64,000 nt of DNA, from IMG/VR virus record IMGVR_UViG_3300029533_000034; one strand, written 5' to 3'. Below the pieces are notes generated by a model. That model was not told the DNA's origin. It did no database searches and saw only the letters and a list, made by a program, of their open reading frames with translations. A program made the translations under genes and the position numbers. Shown piece by piece: positions 1 to 8,695 of this stretch (its first letter is position 1; every line of letters begins with the position of its first letter). Origin of the DNA: a virus (Duplodnaviria; Heunggongvirae; Uroviricota; Caudoviricetes).

Positions 1-633
1 GAGTTTCTTGTCGTCGGACTTGGACTTTTGTATCTTGCAGGAATTGTTCTGTTGATTGCGGTGCCTGTTCTGGTATTTTACTACGGCATTTTCAGAGGTG
101 GATTTGCTTCAGAAAAATTGAAGGAAATGTGCAAGATTGCAGAAAAATATGTTGACGCAAGCGATCAATATGAAAATTTGCGAGATGATTTTGCATACGG
201 CAAGAAGAAATATCGTGTTGAAAATTTTGAGAAGCTGTGCGAGTATCTTGGAAAGTATTACGAAACTTTCAACAAGGATGTGGGGTACAACATGGTTCCA
301 GGCAAAACGATGGAAGAAAAGGGATATTTTCTGAAGAGAATACAAAACCCTTATGACTTTTCGTGCAGGTTTCCGCACTTGTTTGGAATATGTGGATGGA
401 AATTAGAATATGGTGTACATGCGAAAATTACGAAGTTCAACCTGTTTAACGATATTGTTAAATCAGGAGAAGAACCCTCAGTATTTACTGATCAGGTTAA
501 GAAGTTGTACTCAACAGAAGATGAATTCTGTCATGACGTTAAAATTTTCAAGACCAAATGTGTATCCATTATGGTTGCGGCGATGGTCCTGTACGCAATC
601 TTCGTACTTCCACTGTGTTTTATGTTCTTTTAA
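1..633 (+). CDS. membrane protein, 5' end outside window (partial)
   Basis: ORF frame is open from nt 1 with no upstream stop; hydrophobic N- and C-terminal segments. Confidence 0.5.
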   Translation, partial: EFLVVGLGLLYLAGIVLLIAVPVLVFYYGIFRGGFASEKLKEMCKIAEKYVDASDQYENLRDDFAYGKKKYRVENFEKLCEYLGKYYETFNKDVGYNMVPGKTMEEKGYFLKRIQNPYDFSCRFPHLFGICGWKLEYGVHAKITKFNLFNDIVKSGEEPSVFTDQVKKLYSTEDEFCHDVKIFKTKCVSIMVAAMVLYAIFVLPLCFMFF

Positions 634-705
634 ACAATCCAAATATCACATTAAAGAGAGGGAAAAATTTTCCTCTCTTTTTTTTATAAAATTTTCCAAA
701 ACTCT

Positions 706-745
706 TTGACAATTTTTTGAATGGCGCAATATGTATATTAGAAAA
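706..745 (+). promoter_or_regulatory. recurring phage promoter, copy 1 (TTGACA - 17 nt spacer containing GGCGCAAT - ATATGTAT)
   Basis: matches 10 other copies of the motif in this window. Confidence 0.5.
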
Positions 746-1121
746 GATAAACAGACATTTGTTCGAGAGGGGATTTTGTATGTACAAAAAGAGAGTTAAG
801 GGGAAAGGAAGAAAAACAAAGAAAAAACAGGAAAACCTCTACCGGTTTGGGAATGGAGAAAAAATTCTGTTTTCTTATTCACAGAAGCGTAAGATGGATC
901 GGAAGTCTCATGTAGAAAGCATTGCATGTACGAGAAAAGCAGGAGAAAATTACTGGGATATGTGGGACAGGGGCTACCCGAACCGGACAAGAATTAGAAC
1001 GTATTTTACACACCTGTCAATATAGCAATTAAAAGTAATCAGTTTGTTTTTATTTATGTGAGAGAACCAATGGCGCTCCCGTATGGAGCATTTGGAAATT
1101 GTAGTTTTTGAGGTAACTGTG

Positions 1122-1529
1122 ATGCAGAATATTAGTATTAACGAAACGCAAAATTGTGTTAATTTGGACAGAAAAATCAACTTAAAAGATGGTGCAGTTG
1201 TTGTGCAGAAGAAAAGAGGAAATGTAATCGGAGTATATTTGGTAATTCCATTCCGGGACGACAAACACAAATATGGAGGCGATAGTCCATCTGGCTACTG
1301 CAGTCTTGTTAATCTTGATGATGGAAAGATTTCTTTTGAAGAAAGATGTTGCCGGACAACAACGGAACGAAGAGTTCTCAGACATTTGACAAAAGCAGGA
1401 TTTACCTATCCTTATGACCCGGATTCTCACGACCAGGATGGTAAATTTTGTAATATGAGAGTTCAGGTATACAACAATGGCAATTACAAAATCAATCTTG
1501 AGTTGGGGGAGGAATATACTCTTATTTAA
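1122..1529 (+). CDS. hypothetical protein
   Basis: ORF with GAGGT RBS before internal ATG. Confidence 0.5.
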   Translation: MQNISINETQNCVNLDRKINLKDGAVVVQKKRGNVIGVYLVIPFRDDKHKYGGDSPSGYCSLVNLDDGKISFEERCCRTTTERRVLRHLTKAGFTYPYDPDSHDQDGKFCNMRVQVYNNGNYKINLELGEEYTLI

Positions 1530-1549
1530 AAGAATTCGGAGGGAAAATC

Positions 1550-2098
1550 ATGGAAGAAAAAGAATTTGAAGATTTAAAAGAGACAAAAAGATATAAATGT
1601 CGGTTCTGTCATCCATTCACGGGAAAGAAATTTAATGAGTTTCATTGTGTTGTCAATGGGTGGGAAGACGATCAGGTGAAAGTGGTTTCACACAAAGAAT
1701 GTGAAGAATGTAAAAAATACAAGAGCCGGTATATTGAGTATCCGTTGACAATTAATGGTATCGAAAATGCAAAAATAGAGACAAAAGGTATTAGATATGA
1801 ATGTGGTACGTTGTGTGAAGTTGTACCGTGTGGAGAAGAGTATGGAGGGAAGTCTTACATAGGTATTTACATTGGAGATTTGCCAATAAGTATCACAACA
1901 TCATTGGATGAAAAGACATGTATTTTAAAGAATAGTACCTTCAATAATCCGGCTATCTTTGTGCCAGAGTTAAAAAGAATCGTTTACGGATGTGGAAGTT
2001 GGTGGCGTGCAATCAGATCGCTTGAGGATTTTAAAGGTATATCAGAGGAAGATATTAATGACACATGGTATGTCAAGCTATTAAGAGAAATCAATTAA
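1550..2098 (+). CDS. hypothetical Cys-rich (zinc-finger-like) protein
   Basis: ORF, GGAGGG RBS, CxxC pairs near N-terminus. Confidence 0.55.
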   Translation: MEEKEFEDLKETKRYKCRFCHPFTGKKFNEFHCVVNGWEDDQVKVVSHKECEECKKYKSRYIEYPLTINGIENAKIETKGIRYECGTLCEVVPCGEEYGGKSYIGIYIGDLPISITTSLDEKTCILKNSTFNNPAIFVPELKRIVYGCGSWWRAIRSLEDFKGISEEDINDTWYVKLLREIN

Positions 2099-2125
2099 GT
2101 TAAGGAGGAATTTGGGAGTGTTATT

Positions 2126-2590
2126 ATGAGAATTCCATTACCGTGTAAGTTTGGAGAAACATTCGAGTATAAGGGGAAAAGTCTGAAATTATTGAGTGTA
2201 TCATGGTTTAAATGGTCGTATAAGGGTTTGGAATTTACGTATACCACGGATAAGGAATTTGTCACCAGCACCGATATGAATCAGCCGGAGTATATGGAAA
2301 TTCCAGATGAAATGGTTAAATCGTGTCAAATTAAAGGTCTTGGCTATCCTTTGAAGGGGATTGGCTATGTAGCAGGAATTGAATTTCGGGAAGGCCGTTT
2401 ATTCGCGGATATTATTGTTGAGAGCAGATATTTGGTGCATATTCTCTGCGAGTGTGATGAAAATGGAAAATATAAGAAGAGCGGAGAAATTCAATTTCCA
2501 CCGGTTCCGAGTTTTGAAACGGACGAGAAACGAAAGTCGGCGGTTTTAAAGCAGTTTCATGATGTACCTTTTGGAACTATCAAATTGTAA
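2126..2590 (+). CDS. hypothetical protein
   Basis: ORF with AGGAGG RBS. Confidence 0.55.
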   Translation: MRIPLPCKFGETFEYKGKSLKLLSVSWFKWSYKGLEFTYTTDKEFVTSTDMNQPEYMEIPDEMVKSCQIKGLGYPLKGIGYVAGIEFREGRLFADIIVESRYLVHILCECDENGKYKKSGEIQFPPVPSFETDEKRKSAVLKQFHDVPFGTIKL

Positions 2591-2616
2591 GATATGCATA
2601 AGAAAGAGAGGATACA

Positions 2617-2946
2617 ATGAGATTAATTAACAAAAACAAAGGAACTCCGTTTGCAGATGTAGGTGCATACGCTTGCGAGCTTACTGACGAATTGGATGCT
2701 CTTATGAAGGCTATGTCAGACGCAAGTGCCAACCGGCACTATATTTTGGCGGATGAATTCTGTAAAAGGAATAAATGCCTTGCAATCCGTATACCAGGTT
2801 GCACTTTGGGAGGAATACATTACAACCACGACAATATTGTTACAGGGATCGAAATTAATACAGACTGCATGAACAAGATATATTTATTGAACGCAAAAGA
2901 ACTGGTTAATAAATACATCGGAGATAAAATTGAGTTTGCAAAATAA
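2617..2946 (+). CDS. hypothetical protein
   Basis: ORF with RBS. Confidence 0.55.
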   Translation: MRLINKNKGTPFADVGAYACELTDELDALMKAMSDASANRHYILADEFCKRNKCLAIRIPGCTLGGIHYNHDNIVTGIEINTDCMNKIYLLNAKELVNKYIGDKIEFAK

Positions 2947-3348
2947 GTTTCTCTGGTAAGTTTCGGAGGAAGAAAAAAGGAGAATCATGGAAATGGAAGT
3001 ATGGCCAGTTCTAACTGATAAAAGCCGAGCAATTACTTTCTGCTTGCTGGCATTTCTATATCAAACAGGTATTTCATATTAAAGTTAAAGAAAGGGAGCA
3101 TCTTTAAAATTTTCCCTTTAAAATATACAAAGGACTGGTACAACATATGAGAACAGAAACAACTAGCATTTCGGCAAGAAGAAAGAAAAAGACGAATACA
3201 GAACTTAATAAGGTTAATCATGAGGCGCGTGCGCGGGGCATGTCGTATGGACAGTATTCATCCAAGGCGTATGCCCCGGTGGTTGAAAAAAGAGGAAGAA
3301 TTGTGTAAGGATGTACTTTGATTGATCAAAGTTAGTTAACACAAAAAT

Positions 3349-3398
3349 AGCAAGCAGTTTCTCGTTTCCAGAAATTCTGGGAAAGAAACTGCTTTTTG
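3349..3398 (+). terminator. rho-independent terminator (hairpin aagcagtttct...agaaactgctt + T-run)
   Basis: inverted repeat followed by TTTTT. Confidence 0.4.
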
Positions 3399-3553
3399 TA
3401 TACATTGAATGCCTTGGCTGCATCAGAGGTATTCGTCGATGTCGTCGTAGTCCTGTATATCTTTAATATGCAACAAGAAAAGTTTGCGGCGCTTTTTTCA
3501 TCTCATATTCCTGATGTAAACAAATTTTGAAAATCGAAAGGAGATAATTTATT

Positions 3554-5470
3554 ATGGAAGGACAGATGAGTTTATTCAATACACCGGAGGTATCCGGAAC
3601 ATCGGCGCTTAAGGTTTCCAGAGATTTTGGAGAACATATCGGAGGCGCGAGAAAGGAACTCTGGTCAGCTGGAGGCATCAATCTTGAGGATCTTTTGGAT
3701 ATGAATGATGCTGAGAAAGCAAAATTCGTAAAGAAAGACAATATCTGGAAGAAACCGGATTACGAGCAGATGGTTGAAGCTGGCGTTCCGAAGGTAGTCG
3801 CTTACGCGATCAAAGAGGTGCGCAATGCAATTCCAGCAAAGCCATATGTTTCGTATTTCGAGCAGGACGATCCAGAAAAGGTGAAATACCGGATGGAGTG
3901 TTACGTCAAATTCGTGACCATGATCAGGGATACCATGTCGGGTGTTTCTTCTGAAGAAGAGTTCATGGAGAAACAGCAGGTTGTTTACAACCAGATTGTT
4001 GATCCGGAGCGCAGTACGCGTTACAGTATCTCTTCCAAAACGGAGTATACCGGATTATTCCAGACAAAGCTTTTGCGTGCAATCCGCTGCAATCACCAGA
4101 CGTTCTGCAATTACATACATTATATGGAGATGGAACAGTTTGCTGTGAAGAAAGAGGATAAGGTTCCGGCAGGATGGAAGATTGAAAAATATTCCCCGGA
4201 TGGTTTTTACAGCCGTAGCCGTGTCGGATGCATCAGAGATACTTACATTGTTTCCAAAGGGTATTCTGTCATTGAAAAGAATATCACAACATACGAGGAA
4301 GCACTTTGTAAGTGTCAGGAATATGCAAAGCAGCTGAGAGCCAAGAAGCCTCGCAAGGCTTCTGCTACTCCAAAGCAGCTGAAACGGGTTGAGCGTACCG
4401 GTCTTCCTGATGTCCGGAACGGACGGGATATCGTAGGAGAGGATTTCCTTAAGGATTTTGGTATCCGCGGTGGAGAGTTCGGCAACTGGATGTCCGAAAA
4501 GGACGCACAGGCAAGTCTTAACATGGCGTACGAAGCATTCTGCGATTTTGCAGATGTCCTTGGCATCCCGTTATCTTCTGTGTCTTTCTGTGGCCGTCTT
4601 GCAATCGCTTTTGGTGCAAGAGGGCGGGGTTCTGCCGTCGCTCATTACGATCCGCTTCGTGAGGTAATCAATATTACGAAGATGAAAGGAGCCGGATCGC
4701 TTGGCCATGAGATGTTCCATGCACTTGATGACATCGTAGCAAAGAAATTGGGATTAAAGAAGATGATGACAGAATCATTTGAGAAAGAAAAAATCCCGGA
4801 GAGTGTGCGAAATGTGATTTCTGCCATGCAGTACCGCAAGGCGACAAAAGAAGAGATCGAAGCTGAGAAGGCAAAGAAAATTGGGAATACAGAAAAACTT
4901 CTTCAGAAATGCATTGATTCTGTTTTCCCGGCAGACGGTCTTACAGATGCGCAGGTCAAAAAGAGAGCGGAACTGGTAAGGAATATCTTCGCAGATAAAG
5001 AGGAGCACCTTATATCCATTGATGGAACGGCAACAGCTGCAATCGAGGCACTTTCTTCCTACAAAAAAGAAGTGACTGGGCGTGTGATCAATAAGGAATC
5101 CAGAAAAGATCTGTTCTGGACCTGGTACAGATACGAAAGGGCTGTGACTGCTTCCTATAATGACATGCAGATGTTATCGGAATACCACAAGGAATCCAAA
5201 AAGATGGATGACTGCACTGCCAAAGACAAGTTTGGATACTGGTCATCCACCGTTGAGATGTTTGCCCGCGCTGGTGCATGCTACCTGACCGATATGCTGA
5301 AAGCCAAGGGCGCCAAGAGCGATTACTTATCCGGGCACTCAGAAAGCTGTGTAGGCATGGATAAAAACCTTAATCCTGTTTATGCGATGCCGCGTGGAGA
5401 AGAGCGCAAAGCGATCAATGCAGCAATCCATGACATGATCGAAGATCTCAAGGCAAAAGAACTCATTTAA
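3554..5470 (+). CDS. large 638-aa protein with HExxH (HEMFH) zinc-metallopeptidase-like motif; possible polyvalent/antirestriction-type protein
   Basis: long ORF, GGAGA RBS, HEMFH motif at about aa 390. Confidence 0.6.
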   Translation: MEGQMSLFNTPEVSGTSALKVSRDFGEHIGGARKELWSAGGINLEDLLDMNDAEKAKFVKKDNIWKKPDYEQMVEAGVPKVVAYAIKEVRNAIPAKPYVSYFEQDDPEKVKYRMECYVKFVTMIRDTMSGVSSEEEFMEKQQVVYNQIVDPERSTRYSISSKTEYTGLFQTKLLRAIRCNHQTFCNYIHYMEMEQFAVKKEDKVPAGWKIEKYSPDGFYSRSRVGCIRDTYIVSKGYSVIEKNITTYEEALCKCQEYAKQLRAKKPRKASATPKQLKRVERTGLPDVRNGRDIVGEDFLKDFGIRGGEFGNWMSEKDAQASLNMAYEAFCDFADVLGIPLSSVSFCGRLAIAFGARGRGSAVAHYDPLREVINITKMKGAGSLGHEMFHALDDIVAKKLGLKKMMTESFEKEKIPESVRNVISAMQYRKATKEEIEAEKAKKIGNTEKLLQKCIDSVFPADGLTDAQVKKRAELVRNIFADKEEHLISIDGTATAAIEALSSYKKEVTGRVINKESRKDLFWTWYRYERAVTASYNDMQMLSEYHKESKKMDDCTAKDKFGYWSSTVEMFARAGACYLTDMLKAKGAKSDYLSGHSESCVGMDKNLNPVYAMPRGEERKAINAAIHDMIEDLKAKELI

Positions 5471-5565
5471 CAACAACGAAGAAGGGCTTGCGGCGGTGCA
5501 GGCTCTTTTTTTGTTTCATATTAAAGAATATAAACAATTTGATCATCGAAAGGAGAAAAAATACT

Positions 5566-6450
5566 ATGAAAAAATCAAACGAAGAAAAAACTTATGCAAC
5601 TCTTAAACTTGGTAAGACTTATAAGTTTGCCGGATACAATTGGATGGCCTGTGAAGTGGATAATGACTGTCATGTTGTTGTAATCCAGTCGCATGGGGTA
5701 ACCCATGGTGCATGGCCTGGATATACAATGCCACAGTTTGGAAACGGCAATTACTATTCCAATTCCATTGATGGAAAGGACATCAGCGACTACGATGACA
5801 AGATGCGGGCACTTTACGATGACATCAAAGATGCAGAGGATAAAGCTGCTCCTTATGGGGAAGGACTGTATTTGATATCAGTGGAAAAAGCCGAGTTTAA
5901 GGAATGGGATAACACAGGTTCCGGAAATTACTGGCAGGCATTGAAGGCAACGGCAGAAAACGCCCATTCGTTCCGGGATGCCAATTACTTTGCGTGGCTC
6001 GGTGCTGACAATGGCAGCAAAGGCGCGTGGTGTGTTGACTCGGATGGCTGCTTCTACAACTACTTCAATAAACGCAACGACTTTGTTATTGCCCCATGCT
6101 TCAACTTAGATTTATCGAAGGTTAAAGTTGTAGATAACGAAATCGTCATTATAGACAATAAATTTGGTATATCCTTAATTGAGAAACCAGATGTTTATGG
6201 CCTGGTAAAATCAGAAATCATTAAAATGTATGACATGCTGGACACGGATGAAGTATACCCGTTAGAAATCAGCGGTTCCCAGAGTTCTGCAATGGGCTTT
6301 ATTACCCAAAAGGCAGCGGAAGTCATTGATTATGACTACGAGAATTCGGGGCTGAATGAATTTATATCATCTATTCTGGATGATATGGATAAGGAATCAG
6401 AAGACAGTATCTATGATTTCCATGGTATTAAAATTCATCTTGAACGTTGA
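5566..6450 (+). CDS. paralog family A protein (GYxW...QSHGVTHGxWPG...APxFNLDLSKVK), copy 1 of 3
   Basis: AAAGGAGA RBS; clear similarity to the ORFs at 29494 and 52459. Confidence 0.6.
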   Translation: MKKSNEEKTYATLKLGKTYKFAGYNWMACEVDNDCHVVVIQSHGVTHGAWPGYTMPQFGNGNYYSNSIDGKDISDYDDKMRALYDDIKDAEDKAAPYGEGLYLISVEKAEFKEWDNTGSGNYWQALKATAENAHSFRDANYFAWLGADNGSKGAWCVDSDGCFYNYFNKRNDFVIAPCFNLDLSKVKVVDNEIVIIDNKFGISLIEKPDVYGLVKSEIIKMYDMLDTDEVYPLEISGSQSSAMGFITQKAAEVIDYDYENSGLNEFISSILDDMDKESEDSIYDFHGIKIHLER

Positions 6451-6554
6451 TCAGCCATACATAACCCGATGCATCGGGAACTAAAAATTGAGGTTCCCGT
6501 GTAAGGGGGGAACCTCTTTGTTTAACAGCATTGTGCTGAGAAAGAGAGGAAAAT

Positions 6555-7007
6555 ATGAGCTATTACAAAGTAAGAAGTGTTGCATTTAAGCGGTCTATTG
6601 GAGAAATCTATGTTACCTGTGCCGATTCGTCCCTGCGCCCACTCAAGTATTACAGGAGCGAATACGCAGAGAATATTGAGGATTTCGCAGAAAAATGCAA
6701 GCTGTTCTGGGTGGATGTCCTGTCTGGAAATTTCCAGTTTACGGAGAGTAATCAATGGCATTTTTATGTTAAGAATGCTTATGCAGAAATGCACCTGATT
6801 GCACACAACATCGACATTTTCAGCAAGGATTTGGATTACAGAACTAATTTTTATAATGAATTGCAAGAATATGTTGCAAAAACATATCTTGTGCCGATCG
6901 TGACAAGGGAAGCGAAGCGTATTGACATTGATTTTGAAGCTGGCTTCGCAGAAAAATGTCAAAAAAGATGGGATGAGATCGACAAGGAACGTGCAGAAAA
7001 CAAATAA
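6555..7007 (+). CDS. hypothetical protein
   Basis: ORF with AGAGAGGA RBS. Confidence 0.55.
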   Translation: MSYYKVRSVAFKRSIGEIYVTCADSSLRPLKYYRSEYAENIEDFAEKCKLFWVDVLSGNFQFTESNQWHFYVKNAYAEMHLIAHNIDIFSKDLDYRTNFYNELQEYVAKTYLVPIVTREAKRIDIDFEAGFAEKCQKRWDEIDKERAENK

Positions 7008-7061
7008 ATCTGCATACGCACTGCATTAATATCAGATGTATTTCCCGGATGGGATACTCTT

Positions 7062-7400
7062 TTGAGTAAAAAAGAGAATCGTACCATTGTTGCAAAGAGC
7101 CAGCATTACGATAATCACGGTTTACTGGATAATTCAGATGAAACAGCTGTTGTTCTTTCAGAAGGCAGTGGAAATGATTGGCGCTGGATTGCATACGCAA
7201 ATATGGAAGATCTTCCGGAGATTCTGGAAAAATATCCGCAACTTGTAAGAGCTGTCACTGTCGAAGCATCATATCAGTCCGGAGAGCGTGCTATAATGGA
7301 TGGCTATACAAAAATCTGTCAGAAACCAGATGGGAAGGCTCTGTATGCAGAAAATAGTAATGGAAAAGTATCCTGGGCAGAGAAAATTGGATATTGCTAG
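7062..7400 (+). CDS. hypothetical protein (TTG start in ORF track)
   Basis: ORF; weak RBS. Confidence 0.4.
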   Translation: MSKKENRTIVAKSQHYDNHGLLDNSDETAVVLSEGSGNDWRWIAYANMEDLPEILEKYPQLVRAVTVEASYQSGERAIMDGYTKICQKPDGKALYAENSNGKVSWAEKIGYC

Positions 7401-7711
7401 GATGTGTAAGAAGCATGCAACAAATTACATCATATAACCAGCTGTTAACTAATATTTCAGAGCATCCAGAATATCCATACATAATCATTGATTTTCTTGT
7501 TGTAAATGATGAGAAAGTAGATCTTTGGTGTTCGCAGCGTACTTCATCATTATTGAAGATTGGAGAACCAAAGTATCGGCTATTGAGAGGAAAAGTAGCT
7601 TATGATACCACGGAAATGAAAAGAATAGGCAGAGAGATAAAGAGAAAACTGCAGAAAGATTTGCGAGGTACCGGGTTTAAGGTACACAGCAACTTGCGGT
7701 TTAAAATCTGA
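7394..7711 (+). CDS. hypothetical protein
   Basis: ORF; start uncertain. Confidence 0.35.
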   Translation: MLGCVRSMQQITSYNQLLTNISEHPEYPYIIIDFLVVNDEKVDLWCSQRTSSLLKIGEPKYRLLRGKVAYDTTEMKRIGREIKRKLQKDLRGTGFKVHSNLRFKI

Positions 7712-7810
7712 CATTTGCAGACAGTATTAAGGAGAGTCTTCGGGCTCTTCTTTTTTTTGTTTCATATTAAGGGTGTAAGCAAAAACATATTTGAAAGGAG
7801 AATTGAAACT

Positions 7811-8305
7811 ATGAAAGAGTACAAAGAATTTAAAGATCAGGATGAAATGTATAAAGTAATTACTTCCTGGAGTAATTGTTGCGGTGACCTGCATCACAAC
7901 GGGGAATACGATGTCAGCGAGGAACAGCTTCCGGAAGAATTGCAAAGGGCATACCGCGAACTGTGGGAAGAAGGTAACGGATGCCTGGAATATCTTCTTG
8001 AGTATGGTGGCAGATATTACGTTGCGTTGTCTGCGGAATTTGATGGCGATTACGCAGATATGCTTGGTCTTTCCATGGACGAACTGTATACGGTTGGTAA
8101 ATGCAATGCACTTAAACTGTATTGCACGGATCTGTTTAAGGATACACTGCTTCTTATGGCAAAAAAGCCGCTAGATGGAGATTGCCACGAATTCATATTC
8201 CTGGTTCCGGCAATGGAGTCGAAGGAAGTTTACGATGAAATCGAGAAGGAAATCAGCGAAAAAATCTGGGATGTCCCGAAGGAAGTTGTGGATAAGAGAA
8301 GATAG
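7811..8305 (+). CDS. hypothetical acidic protein
   Basis: GAAAGGAGA RBS before internal ATG; upstream UTR shares the motif TTTTTTGTTTCATATTAA with the 5500 region. Confidence 0.55.
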   Translation: MKEYKEFKDQDEMYKVITSWSNCCGDLHHNGEYDVSEEQLPEELQRAYRELWEEGNGCLEYLLEYGGRYYVALSAEFDGDYADMLGLSMDELYTVGKCNALKLYCTDLFKDTLLLMAKKPLDGDCHEFIFLVPAMESKEVYDEIEKEISEKIWDVPKEVVDKRR

Positions 8306-8453
8306 CAACAAATCACTTAAGGGGGAATGGGAAACCGTTCCTTCTTTTTCTGCCTGCAAGCAGACGATGTATACAGTTTATCTCAAAAATTAAAATATGA
8401 GGTTTTTCAGTATACGGTTGCAAAAATATTTTTAAAAAACTTTCTAAATTCCT

Positions 8454-8492
8454 TTGACAATTTTCCAGATGGCGCAATATGTATCATGTAAA
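8454..8492 (+). promoter_or_regulatory. recurring phage promoter, copy 2
   Basis: TTGACA...GGCGCAATATGTATCATG. Confidence 0.55.
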
Positions 8493-8631
8493 GGTCATAA
8501 ACCGAGCTGCCAGGGTTACCGGCTGGCAGAAATCCTTTCGATATTTGTTTACGCTTCCGGGGAAACCCGGAAAGGAGCAGGAGGACAGCAGCACATGCTG
8601 CTTCCGGGTCCGATTCCCGGATGCTTCTTTT
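8490..8631 (+). ncRNA. structured ~140-nt RNA, family copy 1 (5' hairpin, GNRA hairpin, variable hairpin, tRNA T-arm-like hairpin, U-tract)
   Basis: about 85% identical to 3 other copies, with compensatory changes in the stems. Confidence 0.55.
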
Positions 8632-8695
8632 ACAAGACCGCACGAAGCGGCACAAAAACCATATAAACATGACAAAGTACAGGGAGATTAAAAAA

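Noticed and set aside
3463-5279. Many 60-120-aa minus-strand ORFs inside large plus-strand genes (for example 4315-4566, 4645-4839, 9397-9636, 19756-20217, 31841-32197, 41959-42612)
   Set aside because: They are antisense to strongly supported genes, lack an RBS, and have low-complexity or repeat-driven translations.
8621-8695. Upstream extension of the helicase ORF to 8621, and of cas7 to 41380
   Set aside because: The extensions overlap the structured RNA or the cas8c 3' end and lack an RBS. The internal ATGs at 8696 and 41539 have RBSs and match family N-termini.
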